The notes beneath the pieces were generated by a model. That model searched no databases, had not been told where the DNA came from, and saw nothing but the letters and a program-made list of their open reading frames with translations. Of a stretch of DNA of 64,000 nucleotides, positions 20,521-33,300 are shown one piece after another. A program made the translations under genes and the position numbers. Positions within the stretch are counted from its first letter, which is position 1. Each line of letters begins with the position of its first letter. The DNA comes from Naegleria gruberi (Eukaryota): the NCBI GenBank assembly GCA_000004985.1, contig GG738875.1; one strand, written 5' to 3'.

Positions 20521-21791
20521 TCACTCTTCTTTCCGAGAGCAGCGTTAATTTCTGGCTTTTGTAAGAAGAACCACTTATTAGCAGAAACATCACGATAATT
20601 GTTCAACCAGACTTCAGGTGTAGATTCAGTTGGTTGACCATACTTATCCAATTTACCTTGTTCAATGAGTTCCTTCTTGAGCTTGGAAACTGGACCCATA
20701 CCCCAACGTCTTGGATAGGTATTACGATCCATAATAACTCTCTTAGTCTTACAAACAACACCATAATCCATAGATTGAATTTGAATTGAGGTCATGACAG
20801 CATAAGCAGTAGCAATAGCTTCACCCTTTGTGGTAATCAAAACAATTTCTTCACCAGTTTCAATAGAATCATCATAACGTAAAACACCAGGAATCATCAA
20901 TTGAGCACCGAAACAAATTGAGTTAACAGCACTATCCTTAACAATAACACGCTTATAGTTGGTCAACAAAATTTCCAATGGTTTAACAATACGTCTCAAA
21001 TAAGATTCATCACCCTTGGCCTTCAATTCATGTTGAGCATCCAAAACATCATGCATAGTGTAGAGGAAATCCTTTTCACTCAAAGAACCAGATTGAACTC
21101 TTCTCAATTCAAACATAGAACCACCAGTACCCAATAATAAACCTAAATGTTCACACAAGGTTCTGACGTAGGTTCCGGCTTGACATTTAACCCAGAAAAC
21201 AGCCATTTGACTCTTAGCATCAAATTCGAAAAGTTTAACATCATAAATAGATCTAATACGCAATTGTCTCTTAACAGCAGAAATTTCTGGTGGCATTTGG
21301 AAAACAGCACCAGTCAATGTAGTCAATGCTTCTTCAACAGCCTTATATCCTCCTTGAACTTCTCCGTTTAATTTCAAGATAGAAACGTATTGTTTACCAG
21401 CACCTTGTTGGGATTTAACCAAACGAGTTGCACGATTCAAACAAACAATCAAACAACCAGTAACTTTAGGATCCAAAGTACCAGAATGGCCAGTCTTTTC
21501 AACATCGAGAATTTTCTTAACCCAAGCAACAATTTCGTGGGAAGATGGATTAGCTGGTTTGTCCAAATTGATAACACCATATTTAAGATATTCTTCTAAT
21601 TTTCTTTTTGTTGGTGTGTTACCAGCTGGAATTGGAGTGTAATGTCCAGTTCTAGCGTTCAATTTATCGAAATTTTTCAACAAGAGTGGGAATTCGCTAG
21701 AATCAGTCTTGCTAACATCCAAATTTGTTGGGAGAGTTTTAGATGATGTTTCTTCAGTTGTTGAAGATGATTTTTTATCTTTTTTGCCCAT
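20319..21791 (-). CDS. CBF5: H/ACA snoRNP pseudouridine synthase Cbf5 / dyskerin, 490 aa
   Basis: TruB catalytic motif [42 protein letters not shown] domain present. Typical C-terminal Lys/Glu/Ser-rich tail ([20 protein letters not shown]). Confidence 0.9.
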   Translation of the reverse strand: MGKKDKKSSSTTEETSSKTLPTNLDVSKTDSSEFPLLLKNFDKLNARTGHYTPIPAGNTPTKRKLEEYLKYGVINLDKPANPSSHEIVAWVKKILDVEKTGHSGTLDPKVTGCLIVCLNRATRLVKSQQGAGKQYVSILKLNGEVQGGYKAVEEALTTLTGAVFQMPPEISAVKRQLRIRSIYDVKLFEFDAKSQMAVFWVKCQAGTYVRTLCEHLGLLLGTGGSMFELRRVQSGSLSEKDFLYTMHDVLDAQHELKAKGDESYLRRIVKPLEILLTNYKRVIVKDSAVNSICFGAQLMIPGVLRYDDSIETGEEIVLITTKGEAIATAYAVMTSIQIQSMDYGVVCKTKRVIMDRNTYPRRWGMGPVSKLKKELIEQGKLDKYGQPTESTPEVWLNNYRDVSANKWFFLQKPEINAALGKKSERQEAMDQLKPKSGSKKIETVAETKSKKIDLKPKKVEAEEEEEKKRKRKEESSDDESSSSSSSFIGF

Positions 21792-22064
21792 TGTGATACA
21801 GTTTAATGATATGTTGTTGGCAATATTTTTTTGTGCAGCAAAAATGAGAGACTTTAATTTTTCGACCAGCGACCAAGCTCATTCTCAATTATTTTGTTGA
21901 ACAATCACAGCAGCAAGTAAAAGCAACAGGAAGAGTAAATTTTATTAAAACAACTTCAATAAATGCTGTCCAGCAACAATTTTAATAAAATTAAAGGAAA
22001 TCGAATATTCTTAGTAACTCTTCAAAAGGAATGAACAAAAACAAGAAAGTGTTTATGAATAAAT

Positions 22065-22928
22065 TTAAGCATGTTCATTTAGATAATCAACAAATCCTGT
22101 TACAATCTTTTGCTTTGTTTCAGGTGGATGCATTTGACACATTTTGACGAACTGAGTTCTGAGCTTTCTCAATTGTTGCATACCAACTGAGATACCTGGC
22201 AATTTCAGTTTATGTTTGGTAATTTGTTCCTTTGAGAGAGCATAACTTGTTGGAAGTGTAATTTCTTCTCCTGGCATATGAAGTGATTTAGAGTCAACTA
22301 AAAGTTGAACAATTTCAGTTGTAATCTTATCTAATTCATACATGAGTGTATTTTCGCTCAAGTGTATTGGAAGTGTGGCAGTATTTGGTTTGATTGTCTT
22401 CTTTGGTCTCAACATTTCGTCTTCAATTTCTTCGAGTGGTGTTTTTTGGTCTGGTGTCAATCTAAATAATGGACAATCCCATCTTGATTTTTCACTTGGT
22501 ACTTCCATTCTTTGTAACATTCCAGTAAGAAAATCCTCTTGATATTTTGATGATAATTTATCCTTATTCCAAATAAATGAATGTTCATTGAGATTTACAT
22601 CACAATATACTACACAATGTGGTGTTCTCAAAGATCTAGCAATACAATAGAGTTCATATCTGAACCCTTTAATATAATTTAAAGAATCAACTATTACTAC
22701 ATCATCCTTTGTCAATGCTCTTTCAACTGCAGCTTTAACTTTTCCTCTCATTTGTTTTTCATTGAATGAATCTTTATAAGCTTGATGAATATCTGTTACA
22801 AGCTCTTCATCTCTCACAATAATTACTTGTCCTTTTAAATCTTTTGATGTTTTGAAATGATTGGCAATTTCATCAGCTCTACTACTCTTTCCACTACATG
22901 GAATTCCAACTAACATTATAAGTGGCAT
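22065..22928 (-). CDS. KTI12: KTI12-like P-loop ATPase (elongator-associated / PSTK family), 287 aa
   Basis: N-terminus MPLIMLVGIPCSGKSSRA carries a Walker A motif. ...VVIVDSLNYIKGFRYELYCIARS and ...SRWDCPLF match Kti12 closely. Confidence 0.75.
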   Translation of the reverse strand: MPLIMLVGIPCSGKSSRADEIANHFKTSKDLKGQVIIVRDEELVTDIHQAYKDSFNEKQMRGKVKAAVERALTKDDVVIVDSLNYIKGFRYELYCIARSLRTPHCVVYCDVNLNEHSFIWNKDKLSSKYQEDFLTGMLQRMEVPSEKSRWDCPLFRLTPDQKTPLEEIEDEMLRPKKTIKPNTATLPIHLSENTLMYELDKITTEIVQLLVDSKSLHMPGEEITLPTSYALSKEQITKHKLKLPGISVGMQQLRKLRTQFVKMCQMHPPETKQKIVTGFVDYLNEHA

Positions 22929-23209
22929 TTTCCGTACGTAATTATTAATATATTCTTCCTTCCGAAATTAAAAACCGAAACCAAAAAACTCTCTTCAATA
23001 AAAACACCTAGTGTTGATTGTTGAATATTTTTTAATGATGAAGAATTTATTAATATTCTTTGATTAATTTTCATAATTGCACCTTTAGTCAATCAAGATA
23101 ACTACATTGAAATATAATACAATTTATTATACTCAAAATGTAATTCTTCTATTTAATATATTAAAAAGAATAAAAGTTCGAAAGTGGTGAATAGTGAATA
23201 TTAAAAAAA

Positions 23210-24490
23210 ATGTTTATCAATCAAATTAATCACAATGAAAATAACATTCTAAAAAAACCATCATCACAATTAATGATAATTCTAGGAATTGCATTATTAT
23301 TTTGTTTAATTGCTACCAATAAATTAGTGTCGGATAAGAATGACTTGCCAAGAATATTGAGATCCTATAATAATCCACAGTATGATGCAATTATTGATGG
23401 ACCAATCGGAGGAGATGATGAACAGGTTGGAGCTTGTTCATTTCGTTTTTTAATATTTTCATCAGTGGATTCCGAATCTATTGGATTGGGTAATACATTG
23501 CAAAGCATTTGGAAATTAAAGAGTAAATTATTTGTGCCATGTGTGGCTGTTATCATGTCATCGAAAGATTCAGAAAAATCAATTGAAAAGAGATTGGATA
23601 TTATTAATTCATCAGATTTTAAAAAGCATCCAAGTATGATAACAGCTATTGGCATTGGACATAACAATAGAAAGAGAGGATCAACAATTGTTGATGAATT
23701 GGGAAATTATTTGAAATCGATACGAGACGACAAGAAATTTATGATTGTTAATGAGGGAAATACTTTTTGTGAAAGGGCAGAATATCATATTATGAATGTT
23801 TTAGATGAGGCAAGGAGAAGAAAGATGGATTCCGAATCAATGAATCATCTTGCTTATAAGGTTTCTATGGGAAAATTGAATGGTTTTATTATAACGAGAT
23901 ATATTTTATCAAAATGGGTTGAAACTTCATCAATCAAGAGTTCTGTATTGCTTGACATTTTAGAAAAGAAAAAGGTATTAACCTATCGATTCCAAATCAT
24001 GCAATCTGTTCAAGAAGACCAACCAAAATGTTTTGAAACATTAGTTGAAAGGGATTCTTCGTTTTCATTTAATTTGGATCAATGTTCAGATTCATTATTT
24101 AGTCCCTGTAACAATGAGAAGAAATCGGTAGAATTTTCACATGATGTTGTGAAGGAAACTGTATTCCCATCATCCTCCAAATATTCAATTTCTGATTTTG
24201 AAAGAGTAGAATCAATCAAATGTTTGAAAGGAGAAGATTGTAACACTTGTTGCGAAAAGAAAGCAATGAAATGCACTCAAGAATTCTTCCCTTTCATCAA
24301 TAGATGTGACGAGTTGCAATATCATGATAATTCTTGTGAGTGTGAACGTGAATCTGAGTCAACTTCAATTTCACCATTTTACAAAGGATCAAAATGTGTT
24401 ATTGCACTTAGAAAAAGCAAGTTTACCTGTGAATCAAAGCCAACAACATCTAGTTTCATTTCTAGGCTTTGTCCATGTTTAAAAGAATAA
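23210..24490 (+). CDS. Hypothetical type II membrane protein with a Cys-rich C-terminal domain, 426 aa
   Basis: ATG after ttaaaaaaaa. One N-terminal hydrophobic anchor (LMIILGIALLFCLIAT). The C-terminal 120 aa contain about 16 Cys residues (CNTCCEKK..C..C.C...C). No family was recognised from sequence. Confidence 0.45.
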   Translation: MFINQINHNENNILKKPSSQLMIILGIALLFCLIATNKLVSDKNDLPRILRSYNNPQYDAIIDGPIGGDDEQVGACSFRFLIFSSVDSESIGLGNTLQSIWKLKSKLFVPCVAVIMSSKDSEKSIEKRLDIINSSDFKKHPSMITAIGIGHNNRKRGSTIVDELGNYLKSIRDDKKFMIVNEGNTFCERAEYHIMNVLDEARRRKMDSESMNHLAYKVSMGKLNGFIITRYILSKWVETSSIKSSVLLDILEKKKVLTYRFQIMQSVQEDQPKCFETLVERDSSFSFNLDQCSDSLFSPCNNEKKSVEFSHDVVKETVFPSSSKYSISDFERVESIKCLKGEDCNTCCEKKAMKCTQEFFPFINRCDELQYHDNSCECERESESTSISPFYKGSKCVIALRKSKFTCESKPTTSSFISRLCPCLKE

Positions 24491-24617
24491 TTTTGGGCAT
24501 TACACATTAGTCAATGGCAACTAATAGATATCCGAGTTTATATGTAATATTTCCAATTAAAGTTTCAACATAACTAGAAACCGTTCACTGAAACTTTGAA
24601 TTAAGCAAAAAACAAAT

Positions 24618-25343
24618 ATGAGCACAACAACAGCAACTATTGGAGAAACCCCTCAAGTTGGATCTACCACAACTGTTGGTAGTCAACTTCCAAGAACAAG
24701 AGTTAATCAACCATTCCTCAAACTATTTCTTAATGTAACCTGGTGGGAACCATTCTTTGAGATGGCAGTTGGAGCCATTATGTTATTGCTTCCATCATCA
24801 TGGATTGTTCTTACAACATTTATGAGCCAACCCTTACTTGACTCTATTGGTTTCTCTCGTACTGACAATCCAGTAATTCTTGGAGTTATTGCATTATCAC
24901 AACTTAAGGATTTCATTACATTCATGATTAGAAGCTTTGGATTTATGGTTTTTGTGTTTGGAGTTATTCATCACTTGTTATTGAGAATCTGCTTTAAAGA
25001 ATTGGCTTTCAATGATCATAAGGTATTAATTGAGAAGGTTCCAATGTTTCAATATATTGTTACTGCATTAGCCCTTGGTGATTTGATACATATTATTTTG
25101 GTTTGGAGCCATGCAATGTATTCAACTGCATCAGCTGTAATTAGAAGTGTGGAAGGTGGTATTTCAAAGGAAGTGGAAAATATAGAAGGCTGGTATGGAG
25201 TATTATACCTCATTATTCCAACTTTCATATCCATGGCATTATTTGCAATGAGACTTACCTATTTATCATTCTATGCACCTTCTTCAAATTTGAGTGGAGT
25301 AAAGTATTCAGAGGTTCAAACAAGAAGAGTTCATGCTGAATAA
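24618..25343 (+). CDS. Hypothetical multi-pass membrane protein, 241 aa
   Basis: Single ORF with 5-6 predicted hydrophobic helices. Has a WWEPFFE motif near the first helix. No confident family assignment. Confidence 0.4.
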   Translation: MSTTTATIGETPQVGSTTTVGSQLPRTRVNQPFLKLFLNVTWWEPFFEMAVGAIMLLLPSSWIVLTTFMSQPLLDSIGFSRTDNPVILGVIALSQLKDFITFMIRSFGFMVFVFGVIHHLLLRICFKELAFNDHKVLIEKVPMFQYIVTALALGDLIHIILVWSHAMYSTASAVIRSVEGGISKEVENIEGWYGVLYLIIPTFISMALFAMRLTYLSFYAPSSNLSGVKYSEVQTRRVHAE

Positions 25344-25478
25344 TTATAGACCTTAATAAACAAATTTATCAAAAGATTATGCTCAAGTTTTTCATAATTT
25401 TTTTTGGTGAATTTTCTAAAACGAAACAATTTAGCTGACAAATCTTTAAAAGATATTTGTGATAGCATTATTTGTTTA

Positions 25479-27134
25479 TTAAAACAATTCTGTTGATGTC
25501 AACTTTGAACCGCCAGTAACACCTTCAATCAAGTGTTTAAGACGAGTCTCCGAAGAACGTGTTGTTGAAATAATTTCTTCTCTGTTAAATCTTTCTACAG
25601 GTGTATTTTCCAAGATGTCACTCAACTTTTCTGTAACTCTTTCCAAATCTTCTTGCAAATATTCGAACAAGTTCTTTTCTTGACCATCCTCCAAATAATA
25701 TCCGTATACATAAGTATATTTCAAATTACCTCTGCATTCAATAAGAGTGTTCACTGCTTTTTGAATGTATTCTACATCAACCCATGAGCTATACTTATTC
25801 ATTTGTGTCAATTCTCTCATCTTTTCTTCAGTCTTTTCACGTAATTGTCTTTCGAATTTTTGTGACTTGTCGTGGTTGGCATATCTGGTGAAGTAGTGCA
25901 TATATTTTTCAAGAGCAGTACGAGCTGATTCTCTTTCATCTTCGTGCAACTTCTTCTTCAAATCTTCTGGTTGATACTTGTTACATTTATAATAACCACC
26001 AGTTTCACTTCCGTGAGTTGACCAAACATCCATACAAACCCAACAAAATTCGTATTTGCATTGAGAACATGTCATGTGGTTACAACCACCATTCTTTTCA
26101 ATAGAACGATTACATTTTGGACAATCCTATTTGAAAAAAATATAAGTGAACTTTGTAAAGTTCCTACATACCTTTGTGTTAGCAGTCAACCAAGTTGCTG
26201 TTTCTGATTCGTCTTGTTCTTTCTTCTTCCAAGCTTTTAATTGAGCACATGATGCAGGAACGTGAGCTTCACAAGAACACTTGAAACAGAACTTTTGATG
26301 ACATCCTCCGCATTGAACTGCTTCAACAGTAGTTTCTGGACAATAAACAGCTCTACCACAATCAGCAGTAGGACACCACTTAATTCTTGGATTATCTTCA
26401 ACAAAACTTCTCACTAAATATTTAGAATATGTCTTGTAACTATCTGCTGGCACCAATTCTTTGACAAGGGCTTCAATAATCAATGTTGTACATCCTCTTT
26501 CCAAACAACTTGCTGTGAGACAAGTATTACCATTATTAATACTAGTTATTAAATGTTGACGCCAACAATCTTGACAGAAATAGTGTTTGCAAGCCATTGC
26601 TAACATATTTGAACCATCATAGGTATCATAACAAACACTGCATTCATATTCTTTTCCTGGTACTCCTTGATAAACTTTAAAGTCATTGATATTAATGTTG
26701 GCTTTCTTTATCACACGGTCCTTATTTTCAAAAAAGTCATTCCAAAGTTTTTCCTTGTTCCAATCATAGCTTCTAAGTAAAATACCACAAGCTCCTACAG
26801 GAACACCCAACACAGTAGAAACTTCACTAACAAGTTCTTGTTGTTGTGCCATTAATTGTTCAGGATCAAGAGTGATGAATTGAATTTCCTTTGCAGCCAT
26901 TGGATTATCTTCGAGAGGATCTGTTGGAGTTAGAATTTCCAAATCATCTTCATCACCATCAAATGGATCATCTTTTGTTGGCATTGGTGAAGCATCCACA
27001 AGTTGAGCATATAATTCCTCCCTTGTAACACCCATATCAGCTAATTCTTCTTCTGTAAGTAAATCAATTTCTTCTCTAGTTAGGGTGGTATCTTCACCAT
27101 CCATAATATCAATATCTTCATCCATATCGGACAT
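25479..27134 (-). CDS. Ariadne-type RBR E3 ubiquitin ligase. Model: join(complement(26172..27134),complement(25479..26126)), about 536 aa
   Basis: Acidic N-terminus, then RING1 (CSVCYDTY...CKHYFCQDCW), IBR (CPTADCGRAV...CGGCHQKFCFKC) and RING2 (DCPKCNRSIEKNGGCNHMTCSQCKYEFCWVCMDVW), then the Ariadne C-terminal helical domain. RING2 is split by a 45-nt intron (26127..26171, GTATGTAGG...AAATAG) that joins the two track ORFs in frame. Confidence 0.8.
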
Positions 27135-27602
27135 TATTTATATTTTAATAATACAAAAGTGATTGGCTTGATGTGCTAAAATAATTACTATCAACAATAA
27201 GATTGGTTTTTAAAGCCAAACAGGTGTGTGATCGCAATTTTTTTTAAAAATAAATTTTAAAAATAGTTTGATGTAATTAATTTTTTAATATTAGGGTAAA
27301 GTTCTTTTGTTTTGTAAACATATGATGTCTGGCGTTTGTTGGCTTTTCAATCCATTAAAGAACTTTGCTTTCATCTTGTTTTTATTGGTTCATTCTCGTT
27401 GTATTATGCAAGTTGAACTCTATCAAATCAAAGTAAAGCAATTTTACAAAATTAAAAGATTCATTTAACATTAGTTAAATCCCAGTTGTGCGATTTCTTT
27501 TGTTATTGATAATTATTTATTTGTAGTGTTATTATTGGATCGGAATAGAACACGTGTTTGGCGTAGAAGAAAATAAATCAAAAAATTTGCAGCGAGATCA
27601 TC
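27135..27602. promoter_or_regulatory. Divergent intergenic region between the Ariadne E3 (minus) and the SEL1L/Hrd3 gene (plus)
   Basis: A 468-bp spacer containing long T/A runs. Two divergent start codons. Confidence 0.3.
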
Positions 27603-30344
27603 ATGCCTATGAAAAAGACAAACCACAGGCTGAAGTGGAGTGTGGGAAAATATATTATATTCATAACAATATTAATAGTAGCTTTTTCTATTATAATATC
27701 ACATCAAGAACAAGTTAATCAAAAGAAAAAATCTAATAATCAAAATTCGGAAGAGGAAGAACCAAAGTTTATAATTTTGAAAGATGGTGATGAATCTGAG
27801 CTTGAAAACCTTCCTGAAGAGTTTAAACAAAAAATCAAGGAAGCTTTATTGAAAGTTAAGAGTAATATTAATTTTGAACAAGCTCCCCCAGAATCAAATC
27901 CTTTAAATAATAATATGCCTGATCAACAACAGACTAAAACTTCCCAAACAACCAAACCAACACCTCAAGTTGAAGAGACATTGGATACATCAATGTTAAG
28001 TGATATTTCTATTCCTTTGGATGAGATAACAATTCCAACAGAATATTCCTCAACATTGGATGAAGAGTTCACTAGAATTAAGAGAATGAAAGAATTAAAA
28101 CTTGTAACAAGAAGAAAATTCATGTCTAAAAAACTCAATGATTTGAGAAAACAACAAGAAAATGAAATTGATGGAAAGAAGGATTCTACAGAAAAATTAT
28201 TAGAAGCAAGAATGATTTTGGATCCCGATCTTCCAGAGTATGACAAAGAAGCTGTTGAAAAGGCAATTGGAATTTATCTTTCTGTTGTTAAAGAAGATCC
28301 AACAAACCCACTTGTATTGTATAATTTAGGAACAGTATATAAGGTAAGATTTTCTGAGAATATTAATGACTAATTGTTTAATTAGAGTGAAAAATTTGGT
28401 GTTAGAGACTTTTCCAAGAGTAAAATGTACTACATTTTGGCAGCTTATTTAGGTAGTCAAATGTCACAATTCGAGGTTGCTCTATTGTATAATAATAACT
28501 TGATTTCAAGCAAGGATTTAGAAAATGTGAAAAGTTTAATGATTGAGATATTTGGACCAGTTGAAACAATGAAAAAGCAAGTCAAACTAATTTATGAGAA
28601 GATTCCAAAATCTATTGAAAATCCTGAAACATTATCTTTGTTGAATCTTTTCTATAGCTCTTTAGGAGGAAATACTGGAGCAAATATTGCTTTGGGATAT
28701 AGACATATGTTCGGACATGGCGTACCAAAATCTTGTAAAACAGCTAGCTATTATTATTCGAAAGCAGCTTCTGATGTTATTGTCGAGTTTGAGGATAGCA
28801 GAATGCCTCTTATTGATCATGTAAGACTTAATGATGAGAGTGCTATTCAAAATAAGCAATCACAAGAGGATATTATGGAATATTACCAATATTCTGCTAG
28901 TAAGGGATCATCTTCATCGATGCTTATTTATGGTTATGCTAATTTATATGGTATAAGAGGTGTCGAGCAAAATGGAGAAGTTGCTAGAAGATTATTTGAA
29001 CAAGCTGCTGAGGCAGGAGAACACGAGGCTTTTGGCGCTCTTGGTAATATGTTCCTCAAGGGTGCTGAAGGTATTCCAAGAAATAATGAGACAGCTTTCA
29101 AGTACTTTAAGAAGGGAGCAGACAAAAAAGATCCATCCTCATTAAATGGGCTTGGAAAGATGTACCTTGAGGGATCAAATGATGAACAAGGAAATATCAT
29201 TCTTGAAAAGAATTTTGAATTGGCAGCTGGATATTTCAATAAGAGTGCATCATTGGGCAACTCTGAAGCTCATTATAATTTGGGTCTTTTATATTTGGAT
29301 GGTAAGGGTGTAAAGAAATCATTTAAACAAGCAATGCAACATTTTGCGATTTCAGCTCAACATGGTCAAGTTCTTGCCAAATATCAACTTGCCAATATGT
29401 ATCTTCATGGATTGGGAACTAATCCAAATTGTGAAATTGCTGTTAAATTCTTAAAATCTGTTGTTGAGAAGGCCTCATGGACTTCAGTAATGGAGAGTGC
29501 TTTTGAAAAGTTTGTATCAGGAGAGGATCAACATACTGCTCTTCTACTTTACCAACATGCTGCAGAAATGGGTATTGAAATAGCACAAGCTAACATTGCT
29601 TTCATGTATGACAGAGGATATGGATTTGAGGAAATTTCCAGTGGATTATCTGAAGAGGAAAGTGAATTGTTAAAATTCAAGGGAGCTATCAAATGGTATC
29701 AACAAGCAGCTGAACAAGGTAATGTTGATGCGTATGTCAAAGTTGGGGATTATTACTATTATGGTTCATCTGCTTTATCATCTTCAAACTCTTCTGTTGG
29801 AAGTTTAGAACAATCATACGAAAAGAGTATTTATTTCTATAGAAGAGCTAAGGAATTGAACAATGCTCAAGCAATGTTTAACTTGGGTTATATGCATGAA
29901 CATGGAAAGGGACTTCCACAAGATTTCCATTTGGCTAAAAGATATTACGACATGGCATCTGATGCTGATCCAGTAGCTTATGTTCCAGTTATTTTGGCCT
30001 TGGGTAAATTATATGGTCATTGGGGATTTTATTTAGTTAAAGATTATGTAACAAATATTTTCAATGAAATGCCAAGTAGTGAAATAGATGAAACCTCAAA
30101 CTCTGATATTTCAACTTGGTTGGTCAATCTCATAATTGAACATGAGGATTACTTTTTGGCTATTCTAATTGGTGGTCTAGCCCTACTTATTTTTGTCAGA
30201 CATGTAGTGAATAGTCAAGCTAATGCAAGACCAAGAAGACGTAGAGTAGTCACTACCACTGAAAACACTCAACAAGAAGATAACGTTAGAAACCAACAAC
30301 CAGAAGAGCAAGAAGAACACAATCAGCACGAACACCAAGAATAA
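27603..30344 (+). CDS. SEL1L / Hrd3-like Sel1-repeat protein (ERAD adaptor). Model: join(27603..28343,28386..30344), about 899 aa
   Basis: N-terminal signal/anchor (YIIFITILIVAFSIII). Many Sel1 repeats (AHYNLGLLYLDGKGV..., AMFNLGYMHEHGKGLPQD...). C-terminal TM helix (LAILIGGLALLIFV) followed by a basic/Gln-rich tail. A 42-nt intron (28344..28385, GTAAGA...AATTAG) joins the two track ORFs in frame. Confidence 0.75.
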
Positions 30345-30395
30345 ATATTTGGCGCCTTTTTTAAACTACAATACAACACCACAAACGCAAAAAAA

Positions 30396-33300
30396 ATGAG
30401 AGAAGATACAACTGAGAATTACAGTGAGGATGCCTTTATTGGTCATACATCGCTGTCAAATCTTCATCTTGTACTTCAAAATATATTTCTTCCATTCTTA
30501 TCAGATCAAAACGGACAAGAGGATGAAAATAATAATACAAACAATCAAAAATATGGTGAAACCTTACAAAATATACATACCCTAAATTCTGATTTCATAT
30601 CACATTTGAAAAAGTTTAGTGGACAAGTTGGATATACAGTTAAACAACTCTCTGGAGAAGTATTGATTGATTTACCGGAAGTGCATTTGGATGATCCCAA
30701 GACAGCAGCAGAGGATGAACATGTAAGTTTTTTATTTGATACTTGATGAGCTAATTATTAATACAATTAGATTGTTCAAAAATTGGAAGCATGCCTTAGT
30801 AGTTGGACTCAATCTATTAACTCCCTTTTAGAAAAGGTTGTGAATCAAGAAAGAGAAGGAGAGGTAAGCATTATTTGAAATTAAAATTCTAAAAAAATGA
30901 TTTAAAAAGGGACCTCTCTCCGAAATTGATTATTGGAGAACAAGACACGCTTCACTAGGAACAATTTGGGAATCACTAAATAGTAAAACTGTAAAGAATG
31001 CTATAGAAGTGCTCCGAATTTATGATGCACAATTATTACCTGGTTTTGATGACCAATTTCAAGAATTAACTAAATTATACATGGAAGCAAAGGAAAATGT
31101 AAAGTTTTTACAAACTCTTGAACGTCACTTTAAAAACATTTCACAAGCAAGAGGTTCATTAACACCAATTTCCGATACACTTCCTTCTATGATGAATGCC
31201 ATCAGAATGGTTTGGGTAATTAGTAGATATTATAATACAGACAAGAGAATGATACCTCTTATGGAATTAATTGCTCAAGAAATTTGCTTGAAAGTATCAC
31301 AATATATTAACCTAGAGACTAGTTTAGATGTAAATAATATTTTTAATAATCCGTACAAGTTAGCAGAAAGACTTCAAGAGGGAGCTGAAGTTTTACAAAA
31401 ATGGAAAACTGTATGTTTAAAAATTTAAATTTATTTATTAATATTGCTCTAGACCTACTTCCATGTAAGAGAAAAAATAGAAAATACAAGTAAGGATGAA
31501 CGTTGGCATTTTGAAAAGGACTCACTTTTTGAACAATCTGATTACATGTCAGAAAGATGTTACGAGTTGAAAGAATTAGCAATTTTTATTGGAAGATATA
31601 AATCATTTTTAGGTCCAGAATTGAGAAGTATGTTTTTAATTCTATCATTTTTTTAAATTTTATTTTAATCCATTAGATATTACTGGTGAAAGTGGTATTG
31701 ATGAAATTTTGGATAGATTGAAAGATCTTGTTACACCATTCCAACAAAATGCTAATTTAATTTTTAATAGAAATGCACAAATGAAGTGGATTGAAATATT
31801 TAAACAATTTAAAGAAAATTCAGAGGAAATTAAAATACAAACCAACTCATTTATTGATAAGAGTTTCAAGAAATTGAGATCAGCAGAGGGTGCCTTTAGG
31901 CTTTTACAAGATGTTAGAAAGATTCACAGCCAAGACAAAGACTCTATAAATCAAAAGATGATGCTCAAGTCGATAGATATTCTTGAAAGATATGGAGAAG
32001 AAGTTGATAATATTTATCAAATTTTCAACAATGAAAAATCTAATCCACCAAGAACAAAGAATATGCCACCAGTATCTGGAGCTATTTATTGGTCTCATTC
32101 ACTCTTTGAAAGAATTAGAAAACCAATGATTTTGTTCAAGGAGGCTCCAGATATGTTGGATACAGATGAAGGAAAGAAGATTCAAAATAAGAGTTTTACA
32201 GTAGCTAAAGAAATTCTAGAATTTGAAGAAACTAAATTTAAGGAATGGAAATCAACAGTGACGGAAGATACTATTAAATACTTGAAAGGCAATATTTTAA
32301 TGAAAGATGGTAATAAGATTGTTGTGAACTTCCATGCTAAACTTTTATTATTAATTCAAGAAACCAGATATCTTGATAAACTAGGTAAAAAAGTCCCAGA
32401 AATTGCTTTGAATGTAACTTTGCAAGAAGAAAAGTACCACAAGTACATTGAAAATCTCAGAGGAATGATAGAAAATTTCACTCAATCAAAGGATTCATTA
32501 GATAAGGCTGAAGAAAAGGTTCTTGCTCCTTTGATTAATAGATTGAAGAAAATATTAGAACCTGGATTTTCTGTTCTGAATTGGAACTCATTAGGTATTG
32601 ATGAGTTTATCAAAAGATGTAACACGGAAATCTCAGATTTTCAATCAATTGTGCAGAAAATGCAAAGAAACGCATCTGTAATCCGATCCTTAATCCAACA
32701 ACTCAAGAGTCCTTTTGCTACAAAACTGGACTTGAATGGAGAAATGATCACTTTACCAGAATTGGTTGAAACTATCGAAAGAAATGTTCAACAAAAAAGT
32801 GTCAGTCTTGCCAAGAAATACAAAACTATTGGTCAAACTTTATTGAAGATGGAAGGAGACCTCATCAATAGTAATGTTATAGAGAGTGAAAGTAAATCAG
32901 CAACAGGAAGAGAAAAGCTTTTACAGGGCTATTATGCCTATTGGGAAAAGAGAATTTTTAAAGCTCTTGTAAAGAATGTATCCTCAAGTATTGATGAATT
33001 GATGGATTTCCTGTACTTGAGTAAAAAGAAGAAGAATATCCCAATTAAGAAGAATCCTCTTCTCAAAGTTAACGTTTCATTGTATCACAAAGCTATTGCA
33101 ACATCACCAGATTTGGATGATATTTCAGATATGTTGGATAAGATTGTTAATAGCCCTATCAATGCTACTAAACATTTCGTGAGATGGTACAGTGGTACCT
33201 GCCATGAAATTACAAACATTGAAGTCAAAACAGAGAGGGATGACCAAATTGATATTCCTTCGATTATTGCTAATCACTTCTCTTTCTTCAATGAAATTCT

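Noticed and set aside
30396-31428. Track ORFs 30396..30746 and 31009..31428 as independent small genes
   Set aside because: They encode the dynein N-terminal region (DHC_N1) and are joined in frame to the 31709 ORF by four short introns with canonical splice sites.
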